22,087 bases of DNA from Candidatus Krumholzibacteriia bacterium (GCA_036478295.1 JAZGDW010000293.1:1-22087); one strand, 5' to 3'; positions 1 to 10,153 are shown, counted from the first letter of the stretch. Notes: generated by a model from the letters alone, not told the origin. Program-made: numbers and translations.

Positions 1-423
1 CTTGCCGTCACCCGTGTCGTAGAACTTGTCGCTGTCCGCCGCGCGATAGCGGCTGTCATCCTCGCCGAACGCGCCGACCTGGTACGGCAGAAGCTCGTGG
101 TTGCGGATCACAATGGTGAGACCATCGGGACCCGGGAAGGCTCCCATCCCGTCCGGCCGTGCGGGAACGAGCAGACCGTCGTCCATTTCATCGCCCGTGC
201 GAGAGATAATCTTGTAGGTGAAACCCTTTGGCAGGTCCACAATCCCCGCCGCATCGGGCAGCAGCGGCCCGAATCTGTTCGAACGCGGCCGCGTTTCGGC
301 GCGCGCGGGAACAGGCCCGTTGAAAACTCCATTCAACCCAACCGGCCCGAGCATGAACGCAACGCAGAAACCGAACACCAGCGCACCGCACACAAACAAA
401 GAAGGCCTTGTGGACGTCGTCAC
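1..423 (-). CDS. PhoX/DUF839-family secreted phosphatase, N-terminal part (runs off the left edge; absent from the ORF track)
   Basis: Manual translation from GTG at 423 (GGGGAG RBS about 10 nt upstream): MTTSTRPSLFVCGALVFGFCVAFMLGPVG...FGPLLPDAAGIVDLPKGFTYKIISRTGDEMDDGLLVPARPDGMGAFPGPDGLTIVIRNHEL...DKFYDTGDGK, with no stop down to position 1. DLPxGFxY, DGMxAF and RNHE are characteristic PhoX/DUF839 N-terminal motifs. Confidence 0.8.
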   Translation of the reverse strand, partial: MTTSTRPSLFVCGALVFGFCVAFMLGPVGLNGVFNGPVPARAETRPRSNRFGPLLPDAAGIVDLPKGFTYKIISRTGDEMDDGLLVPARPDGMGAFPGPDGLTIVIRNHELLPYQVGAFGEDDSRYRAADSDKFYDTGDGK

Positions 424-481
424 GAGTAAGTCACTCCCCCCGAGGCGAGAACGAAAGCACGCCACGCGTTTCAATCAAACG

Positions 482-979
482 TTAGCGCAGAAACAAGAGC
501 TTGAACAGGCCGGGTTCTTTCAACAATCGCCGGATGTAACTGAGCTGCCCCAGGTGGTATACCTCGTGCTGGGTCAGAAACGCCAGCGCGGCCAGCGTGG
601 TTTTTTCGCTGGTTGGAAACTCTCTCGCGGGCTCCGCGTTCAATTCAACGTCACCGAGCTCCGGCAGCCGGCCAAGTATCGATTCGGACACGCCGCCCCA
701 GCAATTCTTGATCTCCAGCAGCGCCGGTATCTTGTCGTGTTCGATCTGGTCGATCCCGTAGGCAAACATACCATCCCAGGGGATTTCTTTCTGGATGCCG
801 ATGAGAGCGCCCATTTGAAAACGCGACGTGGCGAGATGCGCGAGCAGCCATGTGACCGAACTCGTATTCGGCGCGAACTGGGTTCTTGCCATTTCGTCAT
901 CGAGCTTTTCGAAGGATTTGTCGTAGAAGCCGTTATTGAGCGTAAGAATTTCAGCGATAGGCCTTACGGAAGCGTGCAT
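482..979 (-). CDS. DinB/YfiT-like four-helix-bundle protein (putative metal-dependent thiol transferase or hydrolase)
   Basis: ATG at 979 behind GGGAGGGG; 165 aa; N..S..WLLAHL and HEVYHLGQ supply the DinB His triad. The extension to 1072 in the ORF track is probably non-coding. Confidence 0.85.
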   Translation of the reverse strand: MHASVRPIAEILTLNNGFYDKSFEKLDDEMARTQFAPNTSSVTWLLAHLATSRFQMGALIGIQKEIPWDGMFAYGIDQIEHDKIPALLEIKNCWGGVSESILGRLPELGDVELNAEPAREFPTSEKTTLAALAFLTQHEVYHLGQLSYIRRLLKEPGLFKLLFLR

Positions 980-1204
980 ATTCCCCTCCCCTGCAGTAAA
1001 TCGCGTCGCCGGCCTGGTACGCGGCTTAACGATGGACCGTCGATCCGGGCCGCAGCGCTGCCGGCGTTGCAATCACGACCGTGCCGCGCTCTCAGCGTTG
1101 CCCCGCCGCGAAGCCGCAGCACGAATTGTATCCGAATTTCTTGCGGTTTGCAAATACCGGTGTTTCCGTGGCCGAAGCGCTGCCGACGACGTATCTTATT
1201 GGTA

Positions 1205-1897
1205 ATGGACACCACCCTGTGGATAGCGCCCTCATGTTCCGCGGTGCGGAGAGGCCCGGCGGCGGCCGCTCTCGCCGTCGTAGCCCTCGCGATTTCCATG
1301 CAGCCGGTTTTCGCCGGTGCTGAAGACCGGAGAAAACCCAACTACCTCAGCCCGCTCGAGGCGGAAGTGGTTCGCGAGATCAACCGTGCCCGAACCAACC
1401 CTTACGCCTATGCCCGGCATTTGGAGGCGTGGCTCGAGCACTACGACGGCAAAGTGCGCCGACTCCCGGACAGCAAGCCGATTGCCACCAAGGAGGGGGT
1501 CAAAGCCGTCAGAGAGGCGATCCGCTACATGCGTTCGGCGAAAGCGCTCCACGCACTCGAGCCGTCGCGGGGCATGTCCCTCGGAGCGAGAGACCACGTG
1601 CGTGACATGGGACCGTGGGGAGCGCTGGGACACACAGGTTACGACGACAGCGATACCGGCGAGCGCGTGAACCGCCATGGAAAATGGGGCAAGCGCGTCG
1701 GAGAGAACATCGCGTACGGCAGCGACCGGGCCCGCGATATCGTCATGCGCCTCATTATCGACGACGGGGTGTCCGGCCGTGGCCATCGTCACAATCTGTT
1801 CGATCCGGAGTTCTATGTCATTGGCGTCTCGTTCGGCCCCCACGAGGTCTACGACACGATATGCGTCGTCACCCTGGCAGGCGATTACACCGAGTGA
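1205..1897 (+). CDS. Secreted CAP (SCP/Tpx-1/Ag5/PR-1) domain protein
   Basis: Hydrophobic signal (AAAALAVVALAISMQPVFA) followed by EINRARTNP, ARDH..DMG....GH.G.D, GENIAYG, LIIDDGV..RGHR.N. The start at ATG 1205 is approximate; the upstream part of ORF 218..1897 is antisense to the DinB gene. Confidence 0.85.
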   Translation: MDTTLWIAPSCSAVRRGPAAAALAVVALAISMQPVFAGAEDRRKPNYLSPLEAEVVREINRARTNPYAYARHLEAWLEHYDGKVRRLPDSKPIATKEGVKAVREAIRYMRSAKALHALEPSRGMSLGARDHVRDMGPWGALGHTGYDDSDTGERVNRHGKWGKRVGENIAYGSDRARDIVMRLIIDDGVSGRGHRHNLFDPEFYVIGVSFGPHEVYDTICVVTLAGDYTE

Positions 1898-1985
1898 TCT
1901 TCGCCCTGATGGGCACGTCGGAAGGGCTTCCGAGCGACCACAACTCGAGAGCGAAAGGACCGACCACCCACCCTCACATCGTGAA

Positions 1986-2014
1986 TTGCCACCACTGCGT
2001 TCCCATGCTACTAT
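1986..2014 (+). promoter_or_regulatory. Putative sigma70-type promoter for the VOC gene
   Basis: TTGCCA (1986-1991), 17-nt spacer, TGc-TACTAT (2009-2014), about 45 nt upstream of the ATG at 2058. Confidence 0.5.
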
Positions 2015-2057
2015 TCCGTTTACACCCACTCTCGTTCCTCAACGCAAGGAGTCAGGA

Positions 2058-2549
2058 ATGCCGGTCAATCCCATCCCCGAAGGTTTTCATACAGTTTCCC
2101 CGCATATCATCGTCAACGACGGCAACGCGGCCATCGAGTTCTACAAAAAGGCGTTTGGTGCCGAAGAAAAAGCACGGATGACCGGCCCGGACGGCAAATC
2201 GATCCTGCACGCCGAGCTCCAGATCGGCTCGTCGAGAATCATGCTGAACGAGGAGTTCCCCGGCATGGGCCCGAAATCAGCGAAATCACTGGGTGGCTCA
2301 CCGGTGGTATTGCACCTCTATGTCGAGGACGTGGACGCGTTGTACGACCGCGCCGTCAAGGCAGGCGCCACGGCGAGCTATCCCGTGAACGACGCCTTCT
2401 GGGGCGACCGTTACGGTCAGGTAACCGACCCGTTCGGTCACACCTGGTCACTGGCCACCCACAAGGAAGATCTGACCGAAGAAGAAATCATGAAGCGCGC
2501 GGCGGACTGGTTCGCCAAAATGGGAAAAGGCGGCGAGCGCAAAGACTAG
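2058..2549 (+). CDS. VOC/glyoxalase superfamily protein (PhnB-like)
   Basis: AAGGAG RBS, then MPVNPIPEGFHTVSPH...AAIEFYKKAFGA...HAELQIG...LHLYVEDVD...FWGDRYG...DPFGH.W; 163 aa. Confidence 0.92.
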   Translation: MPVNPIPEGFHTVSPHIIVNDGNAAIEFYKKAFGAEEKARMTGPDGKSILHAELQIGSSRIMLNEEFPGMGPKSAKSLGGSPVVLHLYVEDVDALYDRAVKAGATASYPVNDAFWGDRYGQVTDPFGHTWSLATHKEDLTEEEIMKRAADWFAKMGKGGERKD

Positions 2550-2563
2550 AGCAAGCGCGCCGT

Positions 2564-5254
<2,691 letters not shown>

Positions 5255-5278
5255 CGAAAACAGCCCCCCTTCGCCCCA

Positions 5279-5307
5279 AGTATAGCCGATTCCCGGGGCT
5301 ATGGGAA
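5279..5307 (-). promoter_or_regulatory. Putative sigma70-type promoter for acnA
   Basis: Minus strand TTCCCA (5307-5302), 17 nt, TATACT (5284-5279), just upstream of the GAAGGGGG RBS and the ATG at 5254. Confidence 0.45.
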
Positions 5308-5434
5308 TTGTCCAGAGCCGCCGCGCAGCCGGCCGCCGCCAAGGGACCCATCCGGGCGATATCGAATGTAACTGATTAAGTACCAGCTTGTTATGAGATT
5401 TACGATCAACGCAATCCCTTCTGGCTCAATGAAA

Positions 5435-5463
5435 TTGACTTATGTCAAGTTTTCTGGTAGAAT
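5435..5463 (+). promoter_or_regulatory. Sigma70-type promoter for the CHRD gene, with an overlapping TTGAC-N4-GTCAA palindrome
   Basis: TTGACT (5435-5440), 17 nt, TGg-TAGAAT (5458-5463); perfect dyad TTGAC ttat GTCAA at 5435-5448. Confidence 0.6.
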
Positions 5464-5582
5464 GCTGCGCATTGGATCGCTCCGCCCGTGCCTCGCGGTG
5501 CCTCAGCAGCGCCGTCCGGCCCTGCCACCTACGTACCACTCGCAACGCCACGAGTCATTCGGAACCCAAGGAGGTTCGGACG

Positions 5583-7052
5583 ATGAGCAATCTGCCCCTG
5601 CGATTCGCTTCTCTTTCCCTTTTTGTCTTTGCACTTGTTGTGTCACCGACGTGGGCGGCTGCGGAGATTTGTTTCACCGCGACCATCGACGGTATCCAGT
5701 CGGGCACCGGCTCCCCGGCGACGGGTACCGCGACGTTGATCCTCAACGATGCCGAGACGGAACTGACGTACAACATCGAGTTCTCCGGCCTGCTCGCATC
5801 TGAATCCGCGGCGCATATTCACAGCGATGGCGAGGGTGGCGGCGTGGTTCACCCGCTGGTCCTGGGCACTCCCAAGATCGGTGTGTGGAAGAGCACCGAT
5901 GCCTCTCCACTCACGCCGCAGCGCGTGCAGGATCTGAAAGACGGTTTGCTCTACGTTAACATCCACTCGACCCTGCACCCAGCGGGTGAGATTCGAGGCC
6001 AGATTCTTTTCGGACCGTGTACGGAAACCTGTTTTTCGGCCACGGTCGACGGTATCCAGTCCGGCACCGGTTCACCGGCCACCGGGACCGGACTCTTCAG
6101 CTTGAATCACACGCAGACCGAGCTCACCTACAACATATCGTTCACGGGTCTCCTCGCCGCGGAGTCCGCGGCCCACCTTCACAGCGATGCCGAGGGCGGC
6201 GGCGTGGTTCACCCGCTGGTCCTGGGCACGCCCAAGGTCGGTGTGTGGAGAAATACAGACGCCTCTCCGCTCACACCACAGCGCGTGCAGGACCTCCTGA
6301 ACGGACAACTCTACGTCAACGTCCACTCGACCCTGCACCCCGCGGGCGAGATCCGCGGGCAGGTCCTTAGCGGGGCGTGCAACGCCACCTGCTTTACGGC
6401 TTCGGTCGACGGCATCCAGTCGGGGACGGGCTCGCCGGCGCTGGGCGATGCGTCGGCCATTCTCAATCATACGGAGACGCGCCTGACCGTCCACGTCACC
6501 TACTCCGGCCTGCTCGCGGCCGAATCCGCGGCACACATTCACAGCGACGCCGAGGGTGGCGGCGTGGTTCAGCCGCTGCCCGTCGGCACCACCAAAATCG
6601 CCAGCTGGAAATTCACCGATCCGTCCCCGCTCACGCCGCAGCGCGTGGCGGACCTGAAGAGCAACCAGCACTATGTCAACATCCACTCGACCCTGCATCC
6701 GGCGGGAGAGATCCGCGGGCAGTTCATTCAGGGTCCGTGCAACCCGACGGCAATCGGCCCGATCCCCCAGGCCACGGCGAGCCTGACACAGAACTACCCG
6801 AATCCGTTCAATCCGAATACGACGATCCGCTACGCGCTGACGGAACCGGGCCGCGTACGGCTCAGGATTTACGACGTCCAGGGACGCCTGGTACGGACGC
6901 TTGTCGATGAGATCGGCAGCCCCGGCCCCGGACAGACCGTCGTGTGGGACGGCACTAACGATTCCGGCCAGGCGGTCTCCAGCGGAATCTACTTCTACCG
7001 CCTGACCACCACGGGTTTCACGGCAACGAAGAAGATGGTGCTGTTGAAGTAG
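5583..7052 (+). CDS. Secreted protein with three tandem CHRD domains and a C-terminal FlgD-Ig/T9SS type-A-like sorting domain
   Basis: AAGGAGG RBS, ATG at 5583, signal peptide ending TWA-AA; three copies of AAH[IL]H...YVN[IV]HSTLHPAGEIRGQ (CHRD signature); tail LTQNYPNPFNPNTTIRY...WDG.N..G..VSSGIYFYRL...KKMVLLK; 489 aa. Confidence 0.9.
   Translation: MSNLPLRFASLSLFVFALVVSPTWAAAEICFTATIDGIQSGTGSPATGTATLILNDAETELTYNIEFSGLLASESAAHIHSDGEGGGVVHPLVLGTPKIGVWKSTDASPLTPQRVQDLKDGLLYVNIHSTLHPAGEIRGQILFGPCTETCFSATVDGIQSGTGSPATGTGLFSLNHTQTELTYNISFTGLLAAESAAHLHSDAEGGGVVHPLVLGTPKVGVWRNTDASPLTPQRVQDLLNGQLYVNVHSTLHPAGEIRGQVLSGACNATCFTASVDGIQSGTGSPALGDASAILNHTETRLTVHVTYSGLLAAESAAHIHSDAEGGGVVQPLPVGTTKIASWKFTDPSPLTPQRVADLKSNQHYVNIHSTLHPAGEIRGQFIQGPCNPTAIGPIPQATASLTQNYPNPFNPNTTIRYALTEPGRVRLRIYDVQGRLVRTLVDEIGSPGPGQTVVWDGTNDSGQAVSSGIYFYRLTTTGFTATKKMVLLK
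5670..6749 (+). repeat. Three intragenic tandem repeats with an exact 360-nt (120-aa) period
   Basis: Equivalent Cys codons at 5670/6030/6390 and 6018/6378/6738; long nucleotide-identical stretches such as ggcggcgtggttcacccgctggtcctgggcac (copies 1 and 2) and tccactcgaccctgca (all three). Confidence 0.95.
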
Positions 7053-7257
7053 CCGTTGTTTTGGAAATCGGTCATATCGCCATAGTCGCCACTGTGTGGA
7101 GCGAGCGTCTCGCGGCCTGCGTCGAGACTTGGTAGCATTACCACCATGCAGTGGCGACGTGTATCCTCTCGTGACGGGGCACGTGATTCGTTCGTTTCTC
7201 GTAGGTATTTGTATTACAATGAATTACATCAATCATGTGGAAGCCGCTGCAGCGATC

Positions 7258-7266
7258 TGCTATACT
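7258..7266 (+). promoter_or_regulatory. Putative extended -10 promoter element
   Basis: TG-c-TATACT downstream of an AT-rich tract (7200-7240); no clear -35 element. Confidence 0.45.
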
Positions 7267-7350
7267 ATGGCCGGTCCTCCCGCCAGGGTCAGGATCGGTA
7301 CAACTACGAAAACGGTTCTAGCCGGGGGCGGTACTCACCGTCACTCACAG

Positions 7351-7392
7351 AAACCGGGGCCGCGAGTGCAAAACTTGTGACCCCGGTTTTTT
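7351..7392 (+). terminator. Intrinsic terminator-like hairpin upstream of the DNRLRE gene
   Basis: aaaccgggg-c-cgcgagt / gcaaa loop / acttgtg-a-ccccggttt ending in a T6 run (7387-7392); the G-U pairs only work on the + strand. Confidence 0.6.
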
Positions 7393-7429
7393 GGTAGCTT
7401 TGCCCCTTTTACTCGTGAAGTCCACGACA

Positions 7430-8218
7430 TTGAATTCAAAATCGCGTACACGCCGATCGTCGCCGCAACCGAAGGCCAATGACTCCCGGCGGGCTCGCCT
7501 AGCGATCCTCATAGCCGGCACCGCCTGGCTGCTCGGCTGTTCGCACGCCGATCCGCTGCAGCCGCCGCCACCACCGCGGCCCTCCCCACCGCCGCAAGGC
7601 GACAGCACGGCGGTCCTGACGGCGGCCAAGGACAACACACTTTATGAAACCGCTCTCGGCGAGCTGAGCAACGGCGCCGGCGAGTATTTCTTCGTCGGCC
7701 GCACCGGTTCCGGACGGCTCCGCCGGGGCCTGATCGGCTTCGACATCGCCGCCGGGCTTCCATCGGGTGCCACGGTCACGTCTGTGAGCCTTACCTTCCA
7801 TATGTCCCGGACCATCGTCGGGCCGGAGAGTATCGCCGTGCACAATGTGCTTGCGGAATGGGGAGAGAGTACGTCAAATTCTAATGTGTTGGGTGGAGGG
7901 GGTGGCGCCCCATCCGCTCCGGGGGATGCGACGTGGATCCACACGTTTTTCGACACGAGCTTGTGGGTGAGTCCCGGTGGGGATTTCTCGACGGCGAGCA
8001 GCGCGGCCGAGCCGGTCGACACCGTCGGGTTCTACAACTGGAGCACCCCGCAAATGGCCGCGGATGTCCAGGCGTGGCTGGACGATCCCTCGAAGAACTT
8101 TGGGTGGATCCTTATCGGTCCCGAGAATATGACCAGCACGAAACGATTCGACACCCGCGAGAATACGACGGGTATGTTTCGTCCCCGGCTAACGGTTCGG
8201 TACAAGCCCGCGCCCTGA
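7430..8218 (+). CDS. DNRLRE-domain (CBM96-like) putative lipoprotein
   Basis: Basic N-region, hydrophobic core and lipobox LLG-C, Pro-rich linker, then AAKDNTLYE...NGAG..FFVGRT...RRGLIGFDI...LPSGATVTSVSL...W.E...ATW...VQAWLDDP..NFGW...RPRLTV.Y. Start uncertain (TTG 7391, GTG 7415 or TTG 7430). Confidence 0.72.
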   Translation: MNSKSRTRRSSPQPKANDSRRARLAILIAGTAWLLGCSHADPLQPPPPPRPSPPPQGDSTAVLTAAKDNTLYETALGELSNGAGEYFFVGRTGSGRLRRGLIGFDIAAGLPSGATVTSVSLTFHMSRTIVGPESIAVHNVLAEWGESTSNSNVLGGGGGAPSAPGDATWIHTFFDTSLWVSPGGDFSTASSAAEPVDTVGFYNWSTPQMAADVQAWLDDPSKNFGWILIGPENMTSTKRFDTRENTTGMFRPRLTVRYKPAP

Positions 8219-8271
8219 TCATCGGGCTCACCCAGCAGGTTTTTTTTGACATACCCCGGTTTGGAGGATTT

Positions 8272-9234
8272 ATGAAGAAGCGAATTGCCCTGTCGCAAAC
8301 GATCCGGTTGTTCGCGGCATGTGCGCTGGTCCTGGCGATGACGGCGGGATGCACGACGTATATCGAGTCCGACGACGAGGAATATTACGAACCGGCCCAA
8401 CCCGAGCCGCCGGAGTATTACTCGTCGGGTGAATTCGGTGAGCTTACCGAATACGGCACCTGGATCCACACGGCGCCTTTCGGCTGGGTGTGGCAACCAG
8501 ATGTGTACGAGCGCTGGCAGCCCTTCTATGACGGCCATTGGGTGTGGAGCCAATGGGGCTGGACCTGGGTTAGTTACGAGCCCTACGGGTGGGCGGTGTA
8601 CCACTACGGCAACTGGGTATTCGATCCCATTTTCGCGTGGATATGGATACCGGCGTATGACTGGTACCCGTCGCGGGTACAGTGGATCGTGTACGACGAC
8701 TACATCTGCTGGGCGCCGTTGGGACCACCCGGTTATCTGATCGGCGATCCCTGGGCGTCCCCTATCGATGACCTGTGGATCATTGTGGAGCCCGGCTATT
8801 TCACGCACACCCACGTCGGGCGGTACACCAAACGGCGCTACCGGTGGAAGACGACTTCATCGACCATCACCCAGGTCTTCCGCAACGCCCCCGATGTGCG
8901 ATACATCGGAAGACACACGCGCAGGCCAATCCCCAAGGTCGACATCGAGCTCAAGAAATTCAAGGCCGGGTCGAAAGAGCTCAAAAAGATGAAGCTCCCG
9001 TCGGAACACCGCAAGACGGTCGATCGTTACAAGGCGAAAACACGCAAGAGAATCGAACAACGGGATGACCGGCGCAAACCCAGCAAGAAAGAAAAAATCA
9101 AAAAGCCAAAGCGCCGCGAGCCCACGAAGACAAAGGTGAAGAAGAAGTCGAAATCGCCCGGCGAAGAGAAGCCGGCGGGAACCAGCAAAATGGCACCGCC
9201 CAAGTCCGACAAGAAGAAGAAAAAGCGGCCGTAG
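8272..9234 (+). CDS. Trp/Tyr-rich DUF6600-like putative lipoprotein with a Lys-rich C-terminal tail
   Basis: GGAGG RBS, ATG at 8272, lipobox-like TAG-C; L..YG.W....FGWVW.P....W.PFYDGHWVW...GWTWVSYEPYGWA.YHYG.W...W.W.P...W.P..V.W...WAPL.P pattern; 320 aa. Confidence 0.78.
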   Translation: MKKRIALSQTIRLFAACALVLAMTAGCTTYIESDDEEYYEPAQPEPPEYYSSGEFGELTEYGTWIHTAPFGWVWQPDVYERWQPFYDGHWVWSQWGWTWVSYEPYGWAVYHYGNWVFDPIFAWIWIPAYDWYPSRVQWIVYDDYICWAPLGPPGYLIGDPWASPIDDLWIIVEPGYFTHTHVGRYTKRRYRWKTTSSTITQVFRNAPDVRYIGRHTRRPIPKVDIELKKFKAGSKELKKMKLPSEHRKTVDRYKAKTRKRIEQRDDRRKPSKKEKIKKPKRREPTKTKVKKKSKSPGEEKPAGTSKMAPPKSDKKKKKRP

Positions 9235-9276
9235 GCGCTTCCACGGTTCCGCGGATCGGCTCAGACCTCAAACCCG

Positions 9277-10113
9277 TTATGGGGCTGCGTCCTCCGGTCG
9301 GAGACCTTCCGCCCAAAACGTCGCATACCACAAGGCGGCGTCGGAGCGCTGTCCCCATTTCCTGAGACCGTCGATGGCCCGGTCGAATTCGTCCGGCTCG
9401 ACCGCCGACACATCGAGGATCGAACGGCGGGCGCCGCCGATAACACCCACGAAGTTCTCCACGAATACCTCGAACGCCGGGTGTCCTGAACAGCTGCCGA
9501 AGAACAACCAGTCGTTTCTCACCGGCTCCGCACCCGCCTCCCGAATCATGGCCACCAGGTGCCGCCCGACAAACGGATCGTTTCCCAGTTTGCGATAGAC
9601 GTCCATGTACGCCCGCCATAGTTTGTAGATTCCCTCGGGCTCGGGCCACAAACGCAGCACGTCGTGGTCGTCATCTTCGAGAATGATGCGGCCGCCGGGC
9701 CGTAGCGCCTTGACCAGGGCGCTCACCTCGCCCTGCGGATCGGGCACATGTTCGAGGAGAAACCTCGAATGGGCGAGGTCGAAGCTGCCCCACTCTTCAC
9801 CGGCAAGAGGCAGGGCTGTGGCGTCTCCCTGCCGGAACTCAACGCGATCTTTGCCGCCACTCTTGTCGGCCAGTTGCCTGGCCTCGGCGAGCTGTTTCGG
9901 ATCACGCTCGATGCCGACAACCTTTCCAGCGGGTGAAGCGGCTCTCGCCATCGCATGCGCGAGCTGCCCCAGGCCGCTTCCGACGTCGAGTATCTTCTCC
10001 CCACCCTCCAGCCGCATGGCTTTCAAAGAGGCGTCGTTCAAGAGGTCGTTCAGGAGCGACAGGCGTCGCTGTTCATCGCTGTCCGTGCCGTGGATATACT
10101 GTTCGTCATTCAT
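9277..10113 (-). CDS. Class I SAM-dependent methyltransferase
   Basis: YIHG...EQRRL N-terminus, motif I ILDVGSGLG, VVGIERD, QGDA..LP, FDLAHSRFLLEH, LRPGGRI. Start at ATG 10113, with an alternative GTG at 10170. Confidence 0.88.
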   Translation of the reverse strand: MNDEQYIHGTDSDEQRRLSLLNDLLNDASLKAMRLEGGEKILDVGSGLGQLAHAMARAASPAGKVVGIERDPKQLAEARQLADKSGGKDRVEFRQGDATALPLAGEEWGSFDLAHSRFLLEHVPDPQGEVSALVKALRPGGRIILEDDDHDVLRLWPEPEGIYKLWRAYMDVYRKLGNDPFVGRHLVAMIREAGAEPVRNDWLFFGSCSGHPAFEVFVENFVGVIGGARRSILDVSAVEPDEFDRAIDGLRKWGQRSDAALWYATFWAEGLRPEDAAP

Positions 10114-10153
10114 ATCGAGTGTCCCACGCGCCGCCGCCAGGTCGACACAGAAG

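Noticed and set aside
218..1204. N-terminal 329 aa of the 559-aa ORF 218..1897, suggesting a large CAP fusion protein
   Set aside because: It lies antisense to the DinB and PhoX genes, has no recognisable motifs, and a signal peptide begins only after ATG 1205.
1677..2057. N-terminal extension of the VOC ORF
   Set aside because: It overlaps the CAP gene in another frame; the promoter, RBS and family-typical start all point to ATG 2058.
5670..6749. Regularly spaced repeats considered as a CRISPR array or a diversity-generating retroelement template/variable pair
   Set aside because: The 360-nt units are in-frame protein domains with no spacers, differences are largely synonymous or conservative rather than adenine-specific, and no cas or RT gene is present.
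7291..7348. Resemblance to a group II intron 3' end (CGGTTCT...GGGGGCGGT...ACCGTC-A-CTCAC, a D6-like stem with a bulged A ending in AC)
   Set aside because: The would-be D5 lacks the AGC/CGC catalytic triad and GNRA loop, the bulged A is 6 rather than 7-8 nt from the end, and no RT/maturase or upstream intron domains are visible.
7268..7380. Thr-rich short ORF MAGPPARVRIGTTTKTV... ending inside the terminator, like a leader-peptide attenuator
   Set aside because: The ATG abuts the -10 element, there is no RBS, and the downstream genes are unrelated to amino-acid biosynthesis.
8213..8250. T-run after the DNRLRE gene as a possible terminator
   Set aside because: The stem directly before the T-run is too short, and the better stem (gccc...gggc) is separated from it.
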